Shown piece by piece: positions 26,112-37,147 of a stretch of DNA of 64,000 bases (within the stretch, counting starts at the first letter, position 1; every line of letters starts with the position of its first letter). The DNA is from Azolla caroliniana (taxonomy: Eukaryota; Plantae; Polypodiophyta): the NCBI GenBank assembly GCA_043228905.1, contig JBHGNT010000003.1:10416001-10480000 (forward strand). The letters are read 5' to 3'. The notes under the pieces were generated by a model. It ran no database searches, was not told the DNA's origin, and saw only the letters and a list, made by a program, of their open reading frames with translations. The position numbers and the translations under genes are program-made.

Positions 26112-28429
26112 TGTCACGGACACACCAAGCGTGGACTAAGACGGAGCACGGATGATGAGGCTATGACGGATGATGACATAAGAGCATAAAGATAGAGATG
26201 AAAATTAAGGAGAGAAGATGGGCGAAATGAGAATACTAGATTGATATGTCCATGACTGGCGTTGTTCACCTTGAATTCCTTCAAGGTGAACTCAACTATT
26301 TATACTAAGTGGCATGCATACTTGTTGCACGCATGTATTACAATAGAGCATGTAGGCAGTAGGTACGCATGCATGTGCCAAGTGTTAATAATACAAGGGA
26401 GAAATTATGCACATGATGCTAGCTAAAACCTACAATGAGGAAGTATATACATGATTATATGCTAGATGTGTGGTTAACACATAACACTCGATTACAACAT
26501 GGTTATGTCAAGAGTTCGAATCTTGACATTATCCCCCCTCCAACGATGCCTTCCCAAATCGTTTGTCAGCTTAAGGGGATATTGTTGATGAAAAACTTAG
26601 ATCACCTCCAAAGTATTTTGTAAACCCTAGACAAGGAGTAACCCTTCCACAAGACGAGGTATTTAACACCAACGGGCATGAGCGACCATGTGTGGTCCTC
26701 GGCTAGAACTGGAACACAAACATCAACGGGTGTGAGCGACCATGTGCGGTCCTCACGGGGAGCATGAACACCAAGGGGCATGAGTAACCATGTGAGGTCC
26801 TTGCCAGGAATTGGAACGGTCCTCGCTGAGAGTTGGAACACGAACACCAACGGGGGTGAGCAACCATGTTGTCCTCACCGAGAAATGGAACACGAATGGG
26901 ATTAATCGACCATGTGTGGTCCTCACCAGGAACTGGAACATGAACAACAACGGGCATGAGCGACCATGTCGGTCCTCACCGGGATCTAGAACACAAACAA
27001 TAGTTGGAGTGAGCGACCATGTGTGGTCCTCACCGGAGACTGGTACACGAACGGGAGTGAGCGACCATGCGGCCCTCACCGGGAACATGAACACGAACGG
27101 GAGTGAGCGGTCATGTGCGGCCCTCACCGGGAACAGGAACACGAACGGGCGTGAGCGACCATGCGGCCCTCATTGGGAACTCGAACACGAACACCAACGG
27201 GAGTGAGCGACCATGTGCGGTCCTCACCTGAGACTAGAACACGAACGGGAGTAATCGGCCATGTGTGGTCCTCACCGGGAACTAGAACATGAACAACAAC
27301 GGGCATGAGGAACCATGTCGGTCCTCACCGGGATCTGGAACACAAACAATAGTTGGAGTGAGTGACCATGTGTAGTCCTCACCGGAGACTGGAACACCAA
27401 CACCAACGGGCATGAGAGACCATGTTGGTCCTCATTGAGAGTTGGAACACGAACACCAACGGGCGTGAGCGACCATGTGTGGTCCTCACCGAGAACTGGA
27501 ACATGAGCTGCAATGGGCATGAGCGACCATGTCGGTCCTCGCCGGGATGTGGAACATGAAAAATAACTGGAGTGAGCAACCATGTGCGGTCCTCACCGGA
27601 GACTGGAACACGAACGGGAGTGAGCGACCATGTAGCCCTCACCGGGCACAAGAACACGAATGGGTGTGAGCGACCATGCGGCCCTCACCGGGAACTCGAA
27701 CACGAACGGGCGTGAGCGACCATGCGGCCCTCACCGGGAACTGGAACACGAACACCAATGGGAGTGAGCGGCCTTGTGCGGCCCTCTCCGGGAACTAGAA
27801 CACGAACACGAATGGGAAAGAAACTAAAAAATAGAGACAATGATGAGGAGAACTAAAAGCCAATGAAAATTATGAGAAGAAACTAGGAGATAGAAACGAC
27901 GAGGAAGATAGGAAATGAAGCGATGTTGATGATGGTACGGTGACGATGGTAACTCTAGAAGCAAAGGCGATGACGAAGACGGGTGATGCTTCTAGTTGGA
28001 AGGTGAACAAACTGTCACGGACACATCAAGCGCGGACTAAGACGGAGCACAGATGATGAGGCTACGATGGATGATGACACAAGAGCATAAAGATAGAGAT
28101 GAAAATTAAGGAGAGAAGATGGGCGAAATGAGAATACTAGATTGATATGTCCATGACTAGCATTGTTCACCTCGAATTCCTTCAAGGTGAACTCAACTAT
28201 TTATACTAAGTGGCATGCATACATGTTTCATGCATGTGATACAATAGAGCATGTAGGCAGTAGGTACGCATGCATGTGCCAAGTGTTAATAATACAAGGG
28301 AGAAATTATGCACATGATGCTAGCTAAAACCTACAATGAGGAAGTATATACATGATTATATGCTAGATGTGTGGTTAACACATAACACTCGATTACAACA
28401 TGGTTATGTCAAGAGTTCGAATCTTGACA
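26112..28429 (-). mobile_element. Non-autonomous self-primed LTR element (family D-related), 2.3 kb
   Basis: 417-bp LTRs 26112-26528 and 28013-28429, TSD CATAT, PPT GGAGGGGGGATAA next to 26529, PBS TTGTTCACCTT complementary to the LTR itself, chromodomain remnant KYLVLWKGYS. Confidence 0.93.
26665..27810. repeat. Tandem array of about 55-62 bp units (about 20 copies) inside the non-autonomous element
   Basis: Repeated GAGCGACCATGTGyGGTCCTCACCGGGAACTGGAACACGAAC..ACGGG. Confidence 0.92.
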
Positions 28430-30185
28430 CATATGGAGTTGATCGGACAGCAATAAACAATGCGATTACTAAGAATATGCCTTTTCATCTAGGCGTAGTG
28501 CAAAATCTGGTCGCCAAGAGAGGGCATCCGCTTTCCCATGTTGAATGTGGGTCGAAACAAGATTACGAAGTCATAGTCGGCGAGAAAAGATGACCAACGA
28601 GCCTGCCTCTGATTCAACGTACGACTAGTGGTGAAGTAGATAAGATTCTTGTTGGGCCCCAACATGATAGGGTCTCCATTCAGGGAAGGCAGAGATGATA
28701 GCTGCAAGCTCCTTGTCGTAGACCAGATAATTGATTTCGTAGCTGTAAACTTCTAGGAGTAGAAGGTGATCGGATGTAGTGTGCCATCCTCGGCTGGTTG
28801 GGACAGGACCGCGCCAATGGTGAAGTCGGAGGCATCGTTTTCAACCTGGAAGGGTCTCTTGGGGTCGGGGTGAACCAACACAGGGGCCGAGAGAAAAGTT
28901 GCTTTGAGGTTCTCAAAAGCATTATGTGCTGCAAGGGTCCAGAGAAATGGAGTATCTTTTCAAGTAAGTTGGATGAGAGGTTCCACGAGGGAAGAAAACC
29001 CGTCTATAAATCTTCTATAGAAATTTGCGAAACCAAGAAATGATTGTACCTCTTTCAATCGAGTCGGGAGATGCCAATCAGTGATTGCCACTACGTTGCG
29101 CTTATCCATTGTGATCCCGGTGGGTGAGATCATGTAACCGAGGAATCTGATAGAGGTTCGATCGAATTTGCATTTCTCACTTTTGGCGTAAAGCCCATAT
29201 TCCCGAAGTTTGCTCAGTCGGATGTGTTGTGTGTGCTCCTCTAAGTTGGAAGAAAAAACTAGGATGTTGTCAAGGTAGATTACCACGAAGTGATCGAGGT
29301 ACTCTTGAAATATATCGTTCATCATGTGTTGGAAGACTATTTGGGCGTTGGTAAGACCGAAAGGCATCACCTTGTACTCGAAATGCCCATAGCGTGTCCG
29401 AAAGGCCGTTTTCCACTCGTCTCGAGGCTTGATGCGCACCAAATTGTAGGTTCCCCGTAGGTCGATTTTGGAGAAGATACACCCAGTTCGGAGTTGATCG
29501 AGGGGCGTTGGAATTAAGGGCAAGGAATAACGATTATACACCATACCTTTGTTGAGACCCTGACAATCCACACATAGGCGTAATGAGTCGTCCTTCTTCT
29601 TGACAAATAAAATTGGGGCCCTGACCGGTGATTTGGAGGGTTGAATGAAGTCTTTCGCAAGGTTGTCAGCTAGATATGTGTGGAGAGTCTCAAGTTCGGG
29701 TTTCGATAGCCCATAGATTGGGCCGAATGGTGGATGCTCGCCAGCTTGGAGTTCGACTGGGCAATCATAGGGGCGATGTGCCGGTAACCGATCTGCATTT
29801 CCCGCCTCGAATATATTCGAAAAGTCGCTATATCGTGCAGGCAAATTGTCGACAGGAATAGAGATGTCCTGAAATAACGACCAAGCCGGAATCGGCCGCA
29901 CCGGAAAATTGATGTCGCGATTTCACCAATCCACTATCGCATTGTGTGTCTCCAACCAAGATAGCTCCGGAGTTGATCAAAGCATGAGAGTGTATTGAAG
30001 TTGACCCAAAACAAAGACTTACTTACAAAGCAAACCCTCCTAATGGTGGAATAGACTTGTAGGAGCATATGGAAGGTGGATAACAGGAAGCATTCAACGA
30101 CATGGCTCCTATTGCAACCGGACTTGGTCGTTTTCCTGTTGTCGAGGAACCTCCGCAAGACATGCATGGTGGAATTGATGTCAAG

Positions 30186-33100
30186 TGTTATCGCTAGGGG
30201 CCAGACAATGGCCTAACACAGGGTGTCTCCTTGAGACACTTCACCAAAGGGTGTTGCGGTGAGATAGAGTTAGACCGACTATTAACGGATCCTTAATGAG
30301 TTATTAGCGGCAATATCATTAGTCACAATACACGCGTAGGATAATTTACACTTAGCGCAGAACGATAATTAACAATGATTTAGATACAGAACAACAACAC
30401 TCTATTAATTATCCACTAATGATTACAATCTAGCCGACCCTTTTGATAGGTCTCCGGCTTTAGGTACAAACTGGTGCCAACCGGCAACTGGCTACGAACC
30501 AGTCCGGATCCGGATCGGCATACCGATTCCGTGTCTGTCCTTTCGCTTCTCAAATCATAATAATTCTATATAAATATATAATTAGCTCCCAGTTATTAAT
30601 TATTCCCTCGTTTCCCATTCTAGACTTCGCTTGCCGGCCGGCTAACACATGGCACGCTCGTGGGACAGTACCTTGTACGTCGAATCCCACTATCCGGCCT
30701 TCATTCATCCTCCAAAATGTCCAGAATACTTTGATCTAAGGGTTCCAATGGTTCCTCAGGAAGTTGTTCTGTCGTCGGCTGTTGTTGTTCCCCCTATTGT
30801 TGTTCCTGCAGCTGTGGCGGCTCCTCTTGTCGCTCCGGCCTGGCTGTGTCTGCTGTGGGTGGGCATCCGTCGCCTGCGGCTCCGTCAGTCTGACTGGCTC
30901 TTCCTCTTTTTCCAACTCACCCGGCCTTGGTGTCTCCGTCGGTCTCACTAGCTCTGTCTCCATGTCCGGCTCAACTAATCTTACCGGCTCTTCCCCCTTT
31001 TTCGGCTCAACTAACCTTGGCATCTCCTGGTTTTGCTGTCTGGCGTGCCCCAATGTCTACCGATGACCTTCCTCTAGCGGCTCCTCTTGCGTACTATCTG
31101 GTTGGTTTTCCCTGGCTGTCATCGACGTTTGTTCTGAAGATGGCTCCTCGTCACTTATGCTAATCGCCGCAGTTTTCTTGGCCATTTCTTGCCGTTGCCT
31201 TTCTCGTTCGTACTTCTCGAAGCGGAGTTGGTTGTCCAACTGGTCATCATCCAGCCGTGCCACCAACTGGCGTACCGCCACCCTCTGCTCATCAGCCAAG
31301 GATAGGAAATCATCCGACAATTCATCCTTTATTGTTTCAATGCTTTCTCTATCCAGGATGTAAACTTCGTCGCCTTCTTTCCGCTGGTTTTCCGCATCTT
31401 CCCGTAGCAACTGTAGCTCGGCTGCCTACTTAGCCCACTTTGACCACCATGGTACTGAGCTTTCTTCCACCAATTGCTTCGTTTGATTCCTCCATGCCAA
31501 TACGATGTCCCGGATCCGCCCCAACCCCATCTTTGACTTGTTTTCCGCGGCGTGTTTTTCGTCCTTCAATTGTTTGATCAAGCTTGCGATTGCCACTTCT
31601 TGGCTTTTGTAGTGCATGAGTTGGGTCTGATATGTCGTCTGAACTCTGTTCAGAGCCATTGTAGCACGCTCCGTTTCTGCATGGTGCTGAACTTGCAGGT
31701 CCAGTCGCTCTTTCGCTGTTACCGCTAGTTGTTTTGCTTGTTCGGCTCCTTTCGATTGCTCTTCCATCACTGCCGCTATCAACCGGTTAACCTCCTCCTA
31801 GAGCTCTCTGCATTTTTCCTGCTGTCGGTCACTTTCAGTAGTCAATTTCTTATGATCGGCATCCAAATGCTTATAATCCTGGTGCAGTCAGTCGAAGTCG
31901 TCGGTTTTCTGTTTGAGCTTTTGATTTATAAGCCGGCGAGCGCGGTCCTCACGGTCCTTTTGTTGCCGGAGCTCTTCTTTGAGGTGCTCAATCTCTACTT
32001 CCGCCATCCTCTGGAGTTTCTCTTTTTCTTGCATAAGTTTGTCTTTCTCTTCTTTCAGCCGGTCATACGCTTGATGACCTCTTCTCAGGCTTTCCTCTGT
32101 TCGGTGGAGGTTGTCGGCCGTTCTCCATTGTTCCTCCTCCTCCGCTTTTTTCAATTCTTGTTCCCTGGCCTGTAAGGCTTCTTGTGCTGCCAGGTCTTCC
32201 CTTAGTGTGGTGAGCTCCTGTGTTGACGAGACATGAGTATCAGGGCCCGCCGCCGTCACCGGGGTTTGGTCGTTCTGTTGAGTTACCGGGGCCACCGGTT
32301 TTGATTGTTGTGGTCCTTCTATGACCAACTTGGCCATGGCTGTTCTGGCCTTCTCCGTGTCTTCTTCCATGCTCCGGATTCTTGACCGGGCCATCTCTAA
32401 TTCCTCGGTTGTGGCTAGCAACTAGGCTTCCTGCGCTTGCTCTTCTGCTTCTAACTGGCCGACAACACCAGTCACTTGTTCTACCACCCAACGGAGCCAT
32501 CGACTGACGGTGCCTTGGGGTTGTGCCGGTTCTGGTGGTGGGATGGCGTTTCCACTAGTCAAGAGCCTACTATTGATGGTTACGTCCCCTAGCCGCTCCC
32601 GTTCTGGTTGTTGTTGTTGCGGTGGTGATGCCGGCAATTCAATGACCGGTTCTTGATTCACCAATATTGTCGTGTTCTGGACCGCCGGTTCTGGGATGTC
32701 TTGCCGCAGCCCTTGCTCCGTCCCTGAGTCCTGTTGAGCCTGTTCTGCCGCCTTCCTCGGATGCGACTCCTTAGGGGAAGGTTCCCGTCTATTGTCCTCC
32801 GTGAGCCTTGATGGTCCCCCTTCGTGGCCTTTTTCGCTTGGCTGGCGACGCCGTAGCAGCGTCTCGGTTGGCTCGTCTTCCTGCTGGTCTTCTTCCAGGG
32901 TCTCGTTGTTGATTACCGCCGCCAAGGGGTCCTGCCCTGCATTTTCTCCGGTTGCTACTCTACTTGATGTTCCGGTAAGCGCAACTTGATTTTCAACGGT
33001 CTCCCCGAGGTGTCCACCAAGGCCTCCTGCTCTGCCAGCCGCTTTCGATTAGGTCGTTCCTTCACGTGGGTAGGCAGGAGTTGTTGCCATTTTGAAGCTG

Positions 33101-33608
33101 TTTTGGGGGTTGCTTCTGTCGATCCCATCGTGGTCGCCAAAAACTGTGTTATCGCTAGGGGCCGGACAATGGCCTAAAACAGGGTGTCTCCTTGAGACAC
33201 TTCACCAAAGGGTGTTGCGGTGAGATAGAGTTAGATCGACTATTAACGAATCCTTAATGAGTTACTAGCGGCAATAACATTAATCACAATACACATGTAG
33301 GATAATTTACACTTAGTGCAAAACGGTATTTAACAATGATTCAGATACAGAACAACAACACTCTATTAATTATCCGCTAATGATTACAATTTAGCCGGCC
33401 CTTTTTATAGGTCTCCTGCTTTAGGTACAAATCGGTGCCAACCGGCAACCGGCTACAAACCGGTCCGGATCCGGATCGGCATACCGATTCCGTGTCAATC
33501 CGTTCGCTTCTCAAATCATAATAATTCTATATAAATATATAATTAGCTCCCGGTTATTAATTATTCCCTCGTTTCCCATTATGGACTTCGCTTGCTGGCC
33601 GGCTAACA
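30186..33608 (-). mobile_element. Non-autonomous non-chromovirus Ty3/gypsy element (family C) carrying only the accessory coiled-coil ORF
   Basis: 462-bp LTRs 30186-30647 and 33147-33608, TSD TCAAG, PBS TGGCGACCACGATGGGAT (33139-33122); interior homologous to 51930-53956; no gag-pol motifs. Confidence 0.92.
30736..33140 (-). pseudogene. Interrupted accessory ORF of family C (E/Q/R-rich coiled coil, P/Q-rich tail)
   Basis: Collinear ORF pieces 32955-33140, 32422-32925, 31888-32421, 31426-31782, 31057-31410 matching pieces at 51975-53904 (WLRWV/IxEQV, DYDRLKEEK, WWxKWA, QLVARLDDD). Confidence 0.8.
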
Positions 33609-33655
33609 TCAAGGGCCCCGCACCGGGTAGTGGCAGATGATATGGCCAGGGTTAC

Positions 33656-36600
33656 AGTTACAGGCATGACCATTTAATATCCCGTGGTGAGAATTTACCG
33701 TAGTATTCTATACACGTGGATAAGTGTGAGGGTTAAACGAGAGTGTAAAGAAGGGGAGGATTACTTTTAATCCTCGGGATTGAGACAACCCATTAGGTCA
33801 AGTGTGAACTTGCCTGGGGGCCTTGGGTATCGCTATAAATAAGAGGCCTAGCTACCCTCATTGGATCATCTTTTGACTACATCGAGACATCGCTGTTGTG
33901 GTGGGTCAACTCTTGTAGCGAGCGCGCCAGCACCAGGTACGACTCGACGCCACGACGGTGGTATGGGACGCCAATCGAGGCTCGAGTCCGTCTCGATCCC
34001 TTCGCTCGGGGGTGGTCGGCTGGATCGACACCCTTCTTTCTCTTTCTCCTTTCTATCTATCATTAGTTTATCCTTATCTTAAGCTTACTTTAGTACCTAG
34101 ATCTCTAATATTTGGTATCAGAGCTATGTACTAATGTTTCTTTGTTTGTCTTCTGTCTTTTGATTGATGGTGATCAATCGATGTGCGGTCGGCCTTGATC
34201 CAGACAACGATCAACAAAGAACTTCGGTAACTCTTTCTGTAATTTTTTTTTCTATTCTCTCTTCTCCCATCTAATCATGTGTTTAGTTTATATGTCATTT
34301 TTTTTCATTAAGTCAATGATGTTATAGTGGTCTTTAATTGATTTTCTAAAACGTTTACATATGTGCACGAGACGAGGTCAATACCTCGTTTGACATATAA
34401 ATAATATGTGATGAGTGTCGTATGCGTACGAGGTTAATACCTCAATTACGTATTACGTTCACGAACATATGTTACGTTTGCATATGAGTTTAATACCTTG
34501 ATTTGTTGTAAAGGATATGCGTTTGGTCTCGTATGCGTAAGAGGTCAATACCTCAATTGCGGATTACGATGATCTCTTATTTGTGGATGTTTCGTGTGCG
34601 TAGAGGTATATACCTCGATTACGTATCTCGATCACATCATTTGTGGCTATTTAATATAATGATATTTTAATATAGGCATATGTGGTCACGTATATACATA
34701 TTTGATCGTATATATGTGATAAGTAAACATATGTGTATATTCGTTATTACGTGATTATATCGAAAGTTGTCCTTGTCGGGAAAAGGATGTTGGTGGCCGT
34801 CCTCACATTTTTGTGAGAATGGCGTTGTCACCATCCCTTTTTAAACAATTTTTAATTGTTGACAACCCTGTTGATAACCTCGATTTTGTTACGTAAAGAA
34901 ACGCGTATAACCATAATGATGTTGAGTACGTAGGGCTTGACCCACTTCAAGTGAGGTCGCTCCAATGACACACGTATCCAACATCCCTCCCTCGTTACAT
35001 GGATACGATGCCACCATGAGCTCGTTCTTACGAGAGGCATTCGTAATGACGTGACCATGTGATGGGCCACGTGGGCCTACTACAAAACAAGGGCTCATTT
35101 GGCTTGATCATTAGGTTGCACTTTGGCGTATGCCATCATAATTATGAGACTTGAGGTTAGGTAACGTACCAATATAGTTTTGGTAAATAAGTGCGAAATA
35201 AGGACCCTTGACATATATGTTCTTTTAAAAAAAAACATATATGATCAAATGCCTCGCAAATCTCTTATACGCTTCAAACATTAAACATTAGAGAAGAGCA
35301 ACTTACTTGGTTGGCTCAAGTGTTTAATGTATTTGTTCTCGAGGTCTCGAGTTCAAATATGACTAAGACCATACAACATCCTTGATACATATGACTATAA
35401 CACATGTTTAGACTTAAGGTCTAAGTGCACCTCGGGGTCCTTGTAATAGGACTTAAAGAGCCGAAACCACATATGTGGGCAAAGAAACATAGTTTATTGT
35501 TAACATTTTTTTCGTGTATAAACTACTCATGACGCGAACATACATGGTTGAGCCTCGGGGAACCACCATGAAAAAATCGATATAGAGATAAGAGAAAGAC
35601 ATTAAATTGTCACCCCCATGGTTTTTAAAACACCTTTGTGTTACCATAGTAACCTGATCTTGAACCTCATCTCATACGTCTAGAGGGGTATTGAGGTGAG
35701 ATCATGATATCGATTAATGTTTGCCCATGATATGTTTACATCACGACATGATGTTATGACTATCTCTCTGACCTTATCCTATTTCCTTTCCAGAAATAAT
35801 CTTTAATGGCTCAAATTAACGACCCGATGTCATCCGCTCAAGTGGATGGAACTCAAGGGAATCCTCCTGGACAAATGTCCACTGAGATGTATTTGGCACA
35901 AATAAGCCAATACCTTAGTTTCACCACTCAACAAATGACCGAACTTCGACAATCTTAGAGTGCTCTTGAGGCACGTGTCATTAGTCTACAACGTGAGACT
36001 AATAGACCTGATGAGCGACAAGGTGAACCATCATTTGTCGTTAAGCCATTTACGGGAGACAAAAAGGAAAGAACCGAAGAAGCAATCTACACATGGCTGG
36101 GACGATGGGAGTCTCATTTTGAGCTCTATCCCACGCCAGATAGTACGAAGATTGCATATGTCGGCCGAGAACTCGGGGGTAAGGCCGCCGCCTGGTGGTG
36201 TGGGCTCCGTACTATGGGGAAATTGCCTGATACTTGGACAGATTTTGTCACGGTTTTTAAGGGCCAATTTCTGCAACCTCCCTCTCGAACCGAGGCAGCA
36301 CAAGCTTTAATGAACCTCTCTAGCAGGAAATTTTCCTCGCTAGAAGACTATGTTCACCATGCTAGAACCCAAATCCAAAAATCGGGTCTAGAAGGGGATA
36401 ATTGGTTGATAGCTTGTTTTGTCAATGGCGTCCCCAATTCGGACTATCACTGGATAGTGCACGATAAGGATCCAAAATCCTTCGAAGAGGCCGTTGAAAT
36501 AGTTCTTCGCTATCAACGCACTTCGAAGAAGGACCACAACAAACCCAACGAAGCGCTCGGGACTAAGCAGTCGCAATTTGTTGGGAAATGCAAGACACCC

Positions 36601-36967
36601 AACGAATTCCTGGATCGCGATTGTAAGCGACAACATCCTTTTTGCGTATTCTGCAAAAAGAAGGGTCACACAAAAGAGCAATGTCGAAAGCTCCAACGGA
36701 AAGAGCACGACAACAAACCTAAAGCTTCAGACCATAAAGGTCAGATTCCTAATGTCCTTCAGGTCTATACACATCATTTAAGTAATTGTCAATGTTCTTT
36801 CCCTCACAATGTATTGGGTCCCAATGATTTACTACGTGCAAACGGGTATATCAATGGATCTCTTGTACAATTTTTATTTGATTCGGGAAGCTCACACAAT
36901 TTTGTGAATGATTGTTTGGTTCAGATATGGGGAATCCAACCCACCGTAAGTGATCACACCCACACGG
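33656..36967 (+). mobile_element. Ty3/gypsy chromovirus (family A), 5' half: LTR, long leader, gag, protease
   Basis: LTR 33656-34110, iMet PBS 34113-34124, gag from about 35806 with CVFCKKKGHTKEQC knuckle and protease LFDSGSSHNFV; truncated by a family B LTR. Confidence 0.88.
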
Positions 36968-37104
36968 TGTCGGGGTAGTTGTGGTTCGTGCGGCGAAGTC
37001 GCGGGGACTAAGGTTAAGGGGAGTTGAAGAAACTTAACTTTTAATAAGGCTTGTATGGTGATGATAGAATGGATAAGGATAGTAAGAAGAAGAGTTACGA
37101 GTAA

Positions 37105-37147
<43 letters not shown>

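Larger units (their letters stand above)
25560..30185 (-). mobile_element. Degenerate Ty3/gypsy chromovirus (Tcn1/Tf1-like) pol: protease remnant, RT, RNase H, integrase; host of two nested elements
   Basis: RT ORF 28960-29901 (KTAFRTRYGHFEYKVMPFGLTNA, VIYLDNIL), RNase H LNQRQARWSSFL, integrase GHFGVAKT..PWASLSMDFI; gag zinc-knuckle remnant PGHIICHYP continues at 33614-33655. Confidence 0.9.

Noticed and set aside
26665-27810. Possible CRISPR array
   Set aside because: Units are contiguous degenerate tandem repeats without unique spacers; eukaryotic context and no cas genes
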